A stretch of 63,061 bases of DNA, counting the filler, from Nemertoderma westbladi (Eukaryota > Animalia > Xenacoelomorpha): NCBI GenBank assembly GCA_032718475.1. It is 3 parts of 3 records of this genome, joined end to end, with 100 filler letters (N's around TTAATTAATTAA, not from the genome) between each part and the next. Parts side by side here need not be neighbours in the genome. Positions count along the whole stretch, not along the records: positions 12,108 to 39,027 come from JAUCBJ010007208.1; 2 more parts are not named here. One strand, given 5' to 3'. The notes beneath the pieces are model-generated. The model was not told the DNA's origin. It ran no database searches and saw nothing but the letters and a program-made list of their open reading frames with translations. This document shows positions 23,383-36,340 of the stretch, piece by piece; position 1 is the first letter of the stretch, and each line of letters starts with the position of its first letter. The position numbers were made by a program, and so were the translations under genes.

Positions 23383-23654
23383 TCATGTGATTATCTTTGT
23401 AATAACATTAAGGTCTGAACCATAACACCATTGTCACATATATTATTACACATATATAGCAGTATAGATATGGGCCTACAACTATTGGTGCCGGCACTTC
23501 CTGTGCCTGACATACATAGTATACCGTTACAGTGTTACTGACTCACAACACAGTATTATATATATACATACCGGTAGCATGTCTGCATGTCATATATTAA
23601 TAACCACCACCAGATAACGGGGGAGGGGGGCATATTCTCAATGGGAATACATCA
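23383..23654 (-). repeat. Gypsy 5' LTR (272 bp)
   Basis: Direct repeat of 17966-18233; followed on the minus strand by PBS TGGCGCAG (tRNA-Ser-like, inferred). Confidence 0.95.
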
Positions 23655-24950
23655 CCACGATATCGCCTAGAGACGTATGGGAGACGTGCATTCTCGGTAG
23701 CCGCTCCCACAGTGTGGAAATCAATCCCACGATATCGCCTATAGACGTATGGGAGACGTGCATTCTCGGTAGCCGCTCCTACAGTGTGGAACTCAATCCC
23801 ACGATATCGCCTAGAGACGTACGGGAGACGTGCAATCTCGGTAGCCGCTCCTACAGTGTGGAACTCAATCCCACGATATCGCCTATAGACGTATGGGAGA
23901 CGTGCATTCTCGGTAGCCGCTCCTACAGTGTGGAACTCAAACGATATCGCCTATAGACGTACGGGAGACGTGCATTCTCGGTAGCCGCTCCTACAGTGTG
24001 GAACTCAATCCCACGATATCGCCTAGAGACGTATGGGAGACGTGCATTCTCAGTAGCCGCTCCTACTGTGTGGAACTCAATCCCACGATATCGCCTATAG
24101 ACGTATGGGAGACGTGCATTCTCGGTAGCCGCTCCTACAATGTGGAACTCAATCCCACGATATCGCCTATAGACGTATGGGAGACGTGCATTCTCGGTAG
24201 CCGCTCCTGCAGTGTGGAACTCAATCCCACGATATCGCCTAGAGACGTACGGGAGACGTGCAATCTCGGTAGCCGCTCCTACAGTGTGGAACTCAATCCC
24301 ACGATATCGCCTATAGACGTACGGGAGACGTGCATTCTCGGTAGCCGCTCCTACAGTGTGGAACTCAATCCCACGATATCGCCTATAGACGTATGGGAGA
24401 CGTGCATTCTCGGTAGCCGCTCCTACAGTGTGGAACTCAATCCCACGATATCGCCTATAGACGTACGGGAGACGTGCATTCTCGGTAGCCGCTCCTACAG
24501 TGTGGAACTCAATCCCACGATATCGCCTATAGACGTATGGGAGATGTGCATTCTCGGTAGCCGCTCCTACAGTGTGGAACTCAATCCCACGATATCGCCT
24601 AGAGACGTATGGGAGATGTGCATTCTCGGTAGCCGCTCCTACAGTGTGGAACTCAATCCCACGATATCGCCTATAGACGTATGGGAGACGTGCATTCTCG
24701 GTAGCCGCTCCTACAATGTGGAACTCAATCCCACGATATCGCCTATAGACGTATGGGAGACGTGCATTCTCGGTAGCCGCTCCTACAGTGTGGAACTCAA
24801 TCCCTCGATATCGCCTATAGACGTATGGGAGACGTGCATTCTCGGTAGCCGCTCCTACAGTGTGGAACTCAATCCCACGATATCGCCTAGAGATGTACGG
24901 GAGACGTGCATTCTCGGTAGCCGCTCCTACAGTGTGGAACTCAATCCCAC
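23655..24950 (+). repeat. 72-bp tandem array, right part (~18 units)
   Basis: Same unit, resuming in register after the TSD. Confidence 0.97.
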
Positions 24951-26074
24951 AGGATGTCCGCGATACCTCAACATTGGGGTCATTTAAATCAAAACAAAAA
25001 ACATATTTGTATCGGGCTGAATTCGGAGGGCAGGACAATTAACTATTTGTTTTTAATATGCATTATGTTAGACCCCTTTTGGTCAAAAGACAACGATCGC
25101 TACCCTTACAATATTGGGCGGCGACTCCTATGATAGGTAAGCATATTGCCGTAAAATAGTTGATGTCTTATTGGGTGATGTATTGCATTTTGGGACGGCG
25201 TAGTGCACACAGGGTTAATTCCGTGACATAGACCAACTTGAAACTGATCTGGATTTGGAAGAAACAAAATTGCGATAACTATGGAGAATCGGGAAGCCTG
25301 GAAGCCATTTCCACGGCCCAACCTCGCTCGACCTGCTGTAGTAGTAGTAGTAAACAAATTACCCAGAACAGCATACTGTAAAGTGTTACTTTACAAACAA
25401 TTCGTTTTTATTACTCTAAAGTTATGTGGACTGACTTAAATTGGACCCATTTATACTGTATTCTTGAAGGGTGTGGTGGAAATCAACCAGAACCCAAAGT
25501 TTAGTCAAACAGAGTTCATGGAAACGGAGACATCTAAAAGAGAGAGATTCTATTGGTGTAGGTTGTTACTATAAGGAACTGCACATACTGCATTAAACTA
25601 CCAATAATGGCAATTTTATATGGAAATCTTATGGAATTTTATGTCACCTTCAAATGTTTATGGCAATACCGATGTGTGGTTGGAGCGATAACGAATGTAT
25701 TTGTTATCATTGTGCGTTAATTATGCAATCAATTATTGAAGTAAAGATTGATTATCGTAGACTGCACAATAAGTCCTAGTTATTAACACAAACACTAAAC
25801 AGTTAGAACAAACAGATATGAGGTGTAGAGATCTAAGTACAGGAATTGTTCTTGTTATCATAAGAAAGAAAGGTTTGTCATATAGGGAGTGTAATCGACA
25901 AGCTGGCTGGGGTCGCAAACCTCTATCCCCAAACGGCCCATTCTTCCGTGTCCCGGTGTGCCCAAGCCGAATGGGATTATTGTCGAAACTGTTGATGTGG
26001 AACTGACCCTCATTCGCCCCACTGTCGCCGTTATGTCCCCGACCTGTTTGGTACACCCTTGGGCATTATAATGC

Positions 26075-26228
26075 TCTCCATAGCGAAAAATATCAAACGA
26101 CACTATTGGGGCTCGAATCCGGTACCTAGATTTCTAACTTCCGGTTATTAGCAGCCGGGTGTGTGTGTGTGTCTATGACACCGGGTTCCAGCCCCAATAG
26201 GGTCGGTTGATATTTTTCGCTATGGAGA
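26075..26228. mobile_element. ~154-bp MITE/hairpin element
   Basis: tctccatagcgaaaaatatcaa.cgac.ctattggggct pairs with agccccaatagggtcggttgatatttttcgctatggaga; internal (GT)n. Confidence 0.75.
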
Positions 26229-26940
26229 TTATCAATATCATACTGTACTATATATATATATATATATATCATTTATTGACAAAAGTTTTAGTATATGAAT
26301 GATAAATAAATATCCACATCTTTTAGAATTATACCCTCTGCGTAACATCGGTTACAATCATCCACTTTGACATATCGACCACAATTATCAATTCTGAAAC
26401 TTATGTTACTATCCTACTCATTACTCTAGAATGCCACCGTTTTTTTCCCACTCCACTCAATTTCACAGACTGGTCAGTGAGAAGGTCCTCGCGGGAGTAC
26501 TCTGGGTTGGCTTCCCGCAGTTATCATTATCAGGTGTATAAGATGGTTACTCAATTCTTTGGTGTCATCCCCCCCCCCCCCTCGCAAATCAACATGTTAG
26601 TAAAAGGTTACCCAGGCACAGCACTAGCTTTGCTATTGTGTCTAAGTAATCTCCTAAAATTGTAGGCACCAGTCAATGGCGACTGATAAACAATAACCTT
26701 TAGTAATTATATTACTATTTCATACAATTTTTGGTGCGGTGCATCTGTATTGTTTGTGAGGTATCTTTAAATTATTTGATTTATTTTTTTAAAGAGAGCA
26801 CAAAAGAATAAACAATTTCTATCAAAATAACAAATATATGCTCACCACAAATACTCTGTCCATAGCACACAACACATTGACAATTGCTAAAAATATAGAT
26901 ATAACACTTATAGCAGGTATGACGACGCTAAGAAATAATT

Positions 26941-28846
26941 ATGTAAATAAATAAATATGTAAATAAATAAATATGTAAATAAATAAATATGTAAATAAAT
27001 AAATATGTAAATAAATAAATATGTAAATAAATAAATATGTAAATAAATAAATATGTAAATAAATAAATATGTAAATAAATAAATATGTAAATAAATAAAT
27101 ATGTAAATAAATAAATATGTAAATAAATAAATATGTAAATAAATAAATATGTAAATAAATAAATATGTAAATAAATAAATATGTAAATAAATAAATATGT
27201 AAATAAATAAATATGTAAATAAATAAATGTGTAAATAAATAAATATGTAAATAAATAAATATGTAAATAAATAAATATGTAAATAAATAAATATGTAAAT
27301 AAATAAATATGTAAATAAATAAATATGTAAATAAATAAATATGTAAATAAATAAATATGTAAATAAATAAATATGTAAATAAATAAATATGTAAATAAAT
27401 AAATATGTAAATAAATAAATATGTAAATAAATAAATATGCAAATAAATAAATATGTAAATAAATAAATATGTAAATAAATAAATATGTAAATAAATAAAT
27501 ATGTAAATAAATAAATATGTAAATAAATAAATATGTAAATAAATAAATATGTAAATAAATAAATATGTAAATAAATAAATATGTAAATAAATAAATATGT
27601 AAATAAATAAATATGTAAATAAATAAATATGTAAATAAATAAATATGTAAATAAATAAATATGTAAATAAATAAATATGTAAATAAATAAATATGTAAAT
27701 AAATAAATATGTAAATAAATAAATATGTAAATAAATAAATGTGTAAATAAATAAATATGTAAATAAATAAATATGTAAATAAATAAATATGTAAATAAAT
27801 AAATATGTAAATAAATAAATATGTAAATAAATAAATATGTAAATAAATAAATGTGTAAATAAATAAATATGTAAATAAATAAATATGTAAATAAATAAAT
27901 ATGTAAATAAATAAATATGTAAATAAATAAATATGTAAATAAATAAATATGTAAATAAATAAATATGTAAATAAATAAATATGTAAATAAATAAATATGT
28001 AAATAAATAAATATGTAAATAAATAAATATGTAAATAAATAAATGTGTAAATAAATAAATATGTAAATAAATAAATATGTAAATAAATAAATATGTAAAT
28101 AAATAAATATGTAAATAAATAAATATGTAAATAAATAAATATGTAAATAAATAAATATGTAAATAAATAAATATGTAAATAAATAAATATGTAAATAAAT
28201 AAATATGTAAATAAATAAATATGTAAATAAATAAATATGTAAATAAATAAATATGTAAATAAATAAATATGCAAATAAATAAATATGTAAATAAATAAAT
28301 ATGTAAATAAATAAATATGTAAATAAATAAATATGTAAATAAATAAATATGTAAATAAATAAATATGTAAATAAATAAATATGTAAATAAATAAATATGT
28401 AAATAAATAAATATGTAAATAAATAAATGTGTAAATAAATAAATATGTAAATAAATAAATATGTAAATAAATAAATATGTAAATAAATAAATATGTAAAT
28501 AAATAAATATGTAAATAAATAAATATGTAAATAAATAAATATGTAAATAAATAAATATGTAAATAAATAAATATGTAAATAAATAAATATGTAAATAAAT
28601 AAATATGTAAATAAATAAATGTGTAAATAAATAAATATGTAAATAAATAAATATGTAAATAAATAAATATGTAAATAAATAAATATGTAAATAAATAAAT
28701 ATGTAAATAAATAAATATGTAAATAAATAAATATGTAAATAAATAAATATGTAAATAAATAAATATGTAAATAAATAAATATGTAAATAAATAAATATGT
28801 AAATAAATAAATATGTAAATAAATAAATATGTAAATAAATAAATAT
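26941..28846 (+). repeat. 16-bp AT-rich satellite (ATGTAAATAAATAAAT)n, ~119 units
   Basis: Near-perfect array with rare GTGT/ATGC variants. Confidence 0.98.
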
Positions 28847-29104
28847 GCATCTAAATGACGTAAATAACAATACCTTAATTGGCCGGTTAAATAAATTAAT
28901 AATTACTACTCGAGCAGCGATAAGGCACAATGTATAAAGCTCATTGCTTCCATACATACATTATTATGTATGTATTCTTCAGCTCCTTCTCCTCATGAAG
29001 GTAAGTAACATGATGATGTTACAGTAGGTAGCAAAATGTCGTTGTTAAGCTGGTATAGCATTCGTAATGCAAGCTGCAATGCTGCATGATGATTATAGAA
29101 GGGT

Positions 29105-31114
29105 AATGTGTGAAAAAGTAAAATCAACAAGTCCTAGTTCAATGTGTGAAAGAGTAAAATCAACAAGTTCTAGTTCAATGTGTGAAAATGTAAAATCAAC
29201 AAGTCCTAGTTCAATGTGTGAAAATGTAAAATCAACAAGTCCTAGTTCAATGTGTGAAAATGTAAAATCAACAAGTCCTAGTTCAATGTGTGAAAAAGTA
29301 ACATCAACAAGTCCTAGTTCAATGTGTGAAAATGTAAAATCAACAAGTCCTAGTTCAATGTGTGAAAAAGTCAAATCAACAAGTTCTAGTTCAATGTGTG
29401 AAAAAGTAAAATCAACAAGTCCTAGTTCAATGTGTGAAAGAGTAAAATCAACAAGTTCTAGTTCAATGTGTGAAAAGGTAAAATCAACAAGTCCTAGTTC
29501 AATGTGTGAAAATGTAAAATCAACAAGTCCTAGTTCAATGTGTAAAAAAGTAACATCAACAAGTCCTAGTTCAATGTGTGAAAATGTAAAATCAACAAGT
29601 CCTAGTTCAATGTGTGAAAAAGTAAAGTCAACAAGTCCTAGTTCAATGTGTGAAAAAGTAAAATCAACAAGTTCTAGTTCAATGTGTGAAAAAGTAAAAT
29701 CAACAAGTCCTAGTTCAATGTGTGAAAATGTAAAATCAACAAGTCCTAGTTCAATGTGTGAAAAGGTAAAATCAACAAGTCCTAGTTCAATGTGTGAAAA
29801 TGTAAAATCAACAAGTCCTAGTTCAATGTGTAAAAAAGTAACATCAACAAGTCCTAGTTCAATGTGTGAAAATGTAAAATCAACAAGTCCTAGTTCAATG
29901 TGTGAAAAAGTAAAGTCAACAAGTCCTAGTTCAATGTGTGAAAAAGTAAAATCAACAAGTTCTAGTTCAATGTGTGAAAAAGTAAAATCAACAAGTCCTA
30001 GTTCAATGTGTGAAAAAGTAACATCAACAAGTCCTAGTTCAATGTGTGAAAAAGTAAAATCAACAAGTCCTACTTCAATGTGTGAAAAGGTAAAATCAAC
30101 AAGTCCTAGTTCAATGTGTGAAAATGTAAAATCAACAAGACCTAGTTCAATGTGTGAAAAACTAACATCAACAAGTCCTAGTTCAATGTGTGAAAATGTA
30201 AAATCAACAAGTCCTAGTTCAATCTGTGAAAAAGTAACATCAACAAGTCCTAGTTCAATGTGTGAAAAAGTAAAATCAACAAGTCCTAGTTCAATGTGTG
30301 AAAAAGTAAAATCAACAAGTCCTAGTTCAATGTGTGAAAAAGTAACATCAACAAGTCCTAGTTCAATGTGTGAAAAAGTAAAATCAACAAGTCCTAGCTC
30401 AATGTGTGAAAAGGTAAAATCAACAAGTCCTAGTTCAATGTGTGAAAAAGTAAAGTCAACAAGTCCTAGTTCAATGTGTGAAACAGTAAAGTCAACAAGT
30501 CCTAGTTCAATGTGTGAAAAAGTAAAATCAACAAGTTCTAGTTCAATGTGTGAAAAAGTAAAATCAACAAGTCCTAGTTCAATGTGTGAAAAAGTAACAT
30601 CAACAAGTCCTAGTTCAATGTGTGAAAAAGTAAAATCAAGAAGTCCTAGTTCAATGTGTAAAAAAGTAAAATCAACAAGTCCTAGTTCAATGTGTGAAAA
30701 AGTAAAATCAACAAGTTCTAGTTCAATGTGTGAAAAAGTAACATCAACAAGTCCTAGTTCAATGTGTGAAAATGTAAAATCAACAAGTCCTAGTTCAATG
30801 TGTGAAAAAGTAAAATCAACAAGTTCTAGTTCAATGTGTGAAAAAGTAAAATCAACAAGTCCTAGTTCAATATGTGAAAAAGTAACATCAACAAGTCCTA
30901 GTTCAATGTGTGAAAAAGTAAAATCAACAAGTCCTAGTTCAAAATGTGAAAAGGTAAAATCAACAAGTCCTAGTTCAATGTGTGAAAAAGTAAAGTCAAC
31001 AAGACCTAGTTCAATGTGTGAAAAAGTAATATCAACAAGTCCTAGTTCAATGTGTAAAAAAGTAAAATCAACAAGTCCTAGTTCAATGTGTGAAAAGGTA
31101 AAATCAACAAGTCC
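29105..31114 (+). repeat. 36-bp minisatellite, ~56 units
   Basis: Unit tgtgtgaaaaagtaaaatcaacaagtcctagttcaa. Confidence 0.98.
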
Positions 31115-32209
31115 CCCCTGACAAACACCCCCTGACTTTTTTTCATCAGATTTTTTTGAATGTGTTTTCCGATGTTAAATTTTATGGTGATTCCGAATCT
31201 GAAATCAAATTTTCGATAAGTTGTTTTGTTCTCTAGTTATGGCATTTTTGTAATTTTCAACCAAAATTTGAAAATTTTTATATTTGGTGCAGCACCACAT
31301 TTGACACCAAAAAAGAACATTAAACACACAGAAATGTCGAAATATTTTGCCATTTTCTGAATCAGCACCGAAAATTAGCCTATAGGTATCAAAACCGCAA
31401 AAGAAGATCATTTTTGAAAAATTTTAAAAAAAATTTCACTTTTGGTGCATGTTTGGTTAGTTGTAATCAGGAGGAAATTTAAAACCGGTTTTTTTCGGTT
31501 TATCTTATTTTTTCCTACTACTGTAGTTCTGTAATTTTTTACCGATTTTAATTCTGTTAGCGTTTTTTCGAAGCTCCTGGTGTCGCCAACAAACGATACT
31601 ACCACATTTATTTTTTTTGAATTATATAAAAAGTTACAGCATTTATAATATCAAAATATGCTAATAATTCTAGTATTATCAAAATTCGGGAATTTTTAGC
31701 ATATTTTGATATTATAAATGCTGTAACTTTTGATATAATTAAAAAAATAAATCTGGTAGTATCGTTTGTTGGCGACACCAGGAGCTTCGAAAAAACGCAA
31801 ACAGAATTAAAATCGGTTTAAAATTACAGAACTAGTAGGAAAAAATATGATAAACCGAGAAAAACGTGTTTTAAATTTTCTCATGATTAGAACTGACCAA
31901 ATATGCACCAAAAGTGAAATTCTTATTAAAATTTCTCAAAAATGAATCTTCTTTTGCGGTTTTGATACCTATAGGCTAATTTTCGGCGCTGATTCCGAAA
32001 ATCGCAAAATATTTCGAAAATTGGTGGGTGTTTATTGGCCTTTTTTGGTGTCAAATGTGGTGCATGCACCAAAATTAAACATTTTCAAATTTTGGATAAA
32101 AATTACAGAAGTTGCCATGACTCGAGAAGAAAACAACTTATCGAAAAACTGATACTGAGACTGAAACTGAGATTCGGAATCACCATAAAGTCAGTCAGGG
32201 GGGAACCCC
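31112..32209. mobile_element. ~1.1-kb foldback (palindromic) non-autonomous DNA transposon, Kolobok-like end
   Basis: Arms ~31180-31672 and ~31695-32192 are inverted complements; right end gtcagggggg-aacccc|TTAA; the left end lacks the outermost bases and abuts the 36-bp array. Confidence 0.85.
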
Positions 32210-32314
32210 TTAAGAGGCGCCTCACACAAGTCATGGGTCTGTTTACCTGTTTAATTTTTTTAATATATATACAGCAAGCCCCCTGTTGGTCAGAATGTCG
32301 CGGTTAATTATCAA

Positions 32315-32452
32315 GTCATGGGCTGTCCACCATGCATTTATATTCTCATTCACCATAAAGCACAAGATTGTGCACAGACTGGTCCTCACGGCGAAAACAA
32401 TGTCTTGCATATCGGAGGCGGCTTTGTTCTAGTGTCAAGCATGGGGGAACAA
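32315..32452 (-). mobile_element. Short RTE-like LINE 3' fragment
   Basis: Similar to 34175-34315 (aagtcatgggctgtccaccatgc, ctggtcctcacggcgaaa, ctttgttctagtgtcaagc). Confidence 0.7.
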
Positions 32453-33465
32453 GTCTATAATAATGTAATCAGGCAAAAGGGGGAGTGAAGCGAACAAATG
32501 AATACGAGTTAAAATTGTGCAACATTATAAATGTAACATTGTGTGTTAGGCAGTAAAATGTGTGGAGGAATCTATTAAACGCAAGAGAAGCGAAAATTTA
32601 AAGGTTTGTTTAACATCGAAAATTGGCAATGACGTTTTGCTTTTTTCTTACTTTTGGCTACTTTTATGCGAGTAACTACAACTTTACTATCTTTAATGAA
32701 CTGTTATTTGTTTTGTTATTTGTTAAAGATAGTTGTTAGACAGACAACGAATTTTACTAAATATATTACAATAGTGCAAAATGAACGCAAAAAAATATAG
32801 AAGAATTATTAACGAATTTCTACCGGTCCGGTAGGCCTACTGTAGAGGATTTTTAAATGAGTTTCATTTCGTTTATTATAACCCATTTCGTTTATCGCTT
32901 ATTGAACCCAAAATACTTCGATTCCAAATTAATACATAAAATCGAATATATTATTTGAGTGTAATAAAAAAAATAAAAAATAAATTTTTTTCCTTATCAA
33001 ACATATGTGCATTACTAGGTGGAACAACTTAATCAGACATACAACAATCTTTGTTTGATAAGGAAAAACTAACAGCTGCGACGGTGATAAAATCAATTTG
33101 GGTTGGAAATTATTCGTATTGATGAACTATTACTGCATTACGACATCTACCGCTGGTACTCTGCACTGGCAATGCATTTAATTGATTTTTTTTCCCGATA
33201 AGACGTTGATTCCGGGTAAATGTTCTTTATGGGTGTCTTTCTTAAAACAGCTGCTATTCTGTTTGGTACGGGATTGCCTCGACGCTCCAATTAAACTGTA
33301 AAAGCGTTTGATTCGCAACCCATTATTACATTGCGACAGACGCTATTATTTCAATTGCATCTCACCGGAACTTATAAGTGCGAGTTTATGTAGTTTCACC
33401 ACTTTTATAGATTTTTTTAGGTTGTTAAATTATTTGAATAATCTTGAAGATAATAACTAATCGCC

Positions 33466-33531
33466 ATGGCAACAGAAGGAGGGGCTACAATTATTAAATA
33501 TCTTATATTTTTCTTTAATTTTATTTTCTGG
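33466..33531 (+). CDS. Tetraspanin (CD63-like N-terminus), first coding exon; remaining exons not found in the window
   Basis: gccATGg Kozak context; MATEGGATIIKYLIFFFNFIFW then GTAAGT donor (phase 0), matching the tetraspanin KY.LF.FN.IFW signature; too short for the ORF track. Confidence 0.85.
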
Positions 33532-34059
33532 GTAAGTTAATTTGTTTATATCTTTATATCCTTCCTTGCAATTAATTTGGTAGTAATAATTATAATATGA
33601 TGCCGGCGTTGTCAAGATGGCGGCAGTTAAAATGTATTTGTTTAATTCGTATTAATTGAAAATTGTAATAGGTCCCAGAATAAAATCGTAGCATAAAATA
33701 AATACACCTAACGATTAAGTATAAGAAATTATGTAGGACCGGTAATAATCTATTTATAGAATAGTTCGGCTGATATATTTACTGTTCGATCACCAATAAT
33801 AGCATTTTTAGTACAAATTACATGAGTCATTACAAGGTAATATTAACTGCTAATAATCAGTTATTAATTACAATGATAAATTGGGTTGTTATGGTAACCA
33901 TCCCGTTACATGGTTTGTTACATTGTTCTTACAGTAGGTTTCGAGCAGGTAACACCAACACACATACGCCGAACAGATGGGACAATAAAAAACCGTCATT
34001 GGCTGCGGCCGCGGATGAATATCTGATTTTTGGACTGAATTTTCACGCGTACGAGTTTT

Positions 34060-35245
34060 ATCCACTCCTGGTGCAGTTTTACGCGCCCATAAAATACAAC
34101 TCCCTATCACCCATAACATTTGCTACATCATCGGCATCTTCAAGGCCAGTGTCCTTTAAGATGCGTCTCAAGAAAGTCATGGGCTGTCCACCATGCTTAT
34201 TCACTCCATGAGGCTGCCAAAGTACAAGATTATGCACTGGCTGGTCCTCACGGCGAAAGCAATGTCCTGCAAAGCAGAGGCCGCTTTGTTCTAGTGTCAA
34301 GCTTGGGGGAACCAATGAGACACCTCCAATGTTATATGGTGTGTGGTTAGAGATGTGTGCATTGTGCTTTACACAGTGAACCCGGCGTAGCATTCTTGTG
34401 AATGTGCCATCCAGAGATTTGGTGTCCTCAGCAGTTAGAGCCCAGCATGGACTCCCATAGAGGAGTTACTGAAACTACTGCTGTTCTAAATAAATGATTG
34501 GACCTTAAGTTTCCGATTAATTCTCTGTGACTTCCAAATCCTGGAAAGCCTATTCAAGGCTTCCCATGCCTTTCCCTTACGTATTCGAAGGTCCTCATCT
34601 GACTTCCGGATCCATGAACCCAGGTAACAGAAGTCGTCCACATGCTCAAGCATACCATCCTTTGTCCTTTGAGCTTGTGCTCATCCAGCCAGAGACTTGT
34701 TGATGACTTTCAAAGTTAACTTTCAAAATTTTGATCTTTCTGGAGTTAATAAAAAGACCAACACTAGAAGCAGCATGTTCTAATGAGCTGAGGAGCCGTT
34801 GGGCTCCCTCTAGTGATTCTGAGAGTACTCCTAAGTCATCAGCAAAGTCTAGATCAGTTAGGTACTTGGCAGGATTTCCTCGATTTCTGGAGCCAGTAGG
34901 TGGAGTTACCATCACCCCATCATCATTATTATGATCTAAGGACATGCGTAGAACATAGTCAACCACAATTATGAACAAGAATGGTGCAAGTGTGTCTCCC
35001 TGGAGGACTTCCAATAACACATCAAATGGTTCTGTGTCACCGTCAACAGTAGACACAAATGTTGTCGAACCATCGTATACTGATATGATTGATGTAATAC
35101 TTTCATCAGGATTCCCATATAATGAAAGTATGCTGAATATACGTGAGCGAGAGACTGAATCAAAGGCCTTGAAGAAGTCAACAAAGAACAGCCAAGATGC
35201 CTGCCTTTCTTTTTTGATAACTCTTCAATTATCCTTCTAAGTGCC
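34060..35245 (-). mobile_element. Degenerate RTE-like LINE (RT pseudogene)
   Basis: FVDFFKAFDSVSR, VLQGDTLAPFLFIIVVDYVLR, LTDLDFADDL, FAGHCFRREDQPVHNLVLWQP across broken frames. Confidence 0.88.
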
Positions 35246-36340
35246 AAAATTATGTATGGGAGTTCAAAGATTGCAAGAATTATCGTACTGTAAGCTGGTG
35301 GTTTTATCAAACTGAATGCGAATATTAGACAAACGCTTTGTAAGTCTCAAAAAATAAAGCTGTTAGTGGGGGGTATGATTAATGGGCAGCGGGGTGCAGC
35401 ACTGTGTGGCGAAAATTGCACCGATGGCAATAATTTCCATACATAGTTTTGTTATCATGTGCCTGACGCTGTTAATAATACGACTCAGAAGCGCCTAGTG
35501 AAAGTGACGGAAAGTATTGGTACATCACTGCTAGAAGGATATGATATCAAGTATGGGCTGTACAAAATAATCGCCTCCCTACTGTATTATTTACTACTAT
35601 TTTTTTTTACCAATACATCTACAACTTATCACTGCCGTTTAAAAAAACACTACCTTTCCTAACCTCTCGACGACATATAAATAAAATAACTTTTTGTGTA
35701 AAAATTCTTAAAACTCATAATAACATTTAATACTTTGTCATTTATATAGAAAATACGATAGAGAGAAATCAGATATACTTTAAAGTTATGATTGTTGGTA
35801 GGCCTACATAATACAGTGAAAGTGTTTCTGGTTTCATCGCTAGGCCTACTGTATGTGCAATTAATATGCGCAATAATTTTTATTGTCCATTTTTATCCTT
35901 TTTTTGTCAATTTTTTTTGATTTTTTATGTCATCCAAAAGTCTAATGTTACGTTCCATGCTACCGGTTTCTCTACTGATGTTCTCTCAGGCTATCAGTAC
36001 CGGTTAGTATATATATAGCACTATTTTGCTGTATTGTATGTACAGATGTAGGTATAAAGCAGGTATTTCTGTATTTTAGTACCGGTACCGGCACTGGTAC
36101 TGCTATAGGCCTACTGTGTAGCCTACCATTTAAATACGGTAATGGTAGGCCTAACGGTTGTGCTAATAAATTTTAAATAATTGATAGGCGAAACTGGATT
36201 GCAGGATTGTGGAAAATGTGGTTATACCTTTCACATAATTTAGGCCTTACTGTATTAGTTTTGTAATCAATAATGGATCATGACTACTGTCTGAGTAGTG
36301 TTACGGATAGCGGCTCCACTACTTCCAACAGCACAGAAGG

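Larger units (their letters stand above)
17966..23654 (-). mobile_element. Full-length Ty3/Gypsy LTR retrotransposon (Mag-like) with 5-bp TSD CCACG
   Basis: LTRs at 17966-18233 and 23383-23654, identical by eye except a 4-nt indel; TSD at 17961-17965 and 23655-23659; PBS TGGCGCAGATG adjacent to the 5' LTR; PPT TGAAAGGGAGA adjacent to the 3' LTR. Confidence 0.97.
16754..25042 (+). mobile_element. L2-like LINE 3' fragment hosting the 72-bp array and the Gypsy insertion
   Basis: RDHITPVLMALHW at 16754-16792; after the array YGRRAFSVAAPTVWNSIPQDVRDTSTLGSFKSKQKTYLY, the typical L2 ORF2 C-terminus. Confidence 0.8.

Noticed and set aside
16798-24950. 72-bp array as a CRISPR array, or its long ORFs (16764..17651, 16863..17834, 23923..25038, 23998..24987) as genes
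   Set aside because: No unique spacers or cas genes; a unit length divisible by 3 produces open frames trivially; the ancestral LINE frame is the one with stops
26928-28957. 640-aa and 672-aa hydrophobic ORFs
   Set aside because: Artefacts of a 16-bp repeat with no stop codons on the minus strand
29067-31121. 684-aa (MCEKVKSTSPSS)n protein
   Set aside because: 36-bp unit is stop-free in this frame; variants are largely non-synonymous; no signal peptide or domain; ends in a transposon terminus. Not fully excluded without RNA data
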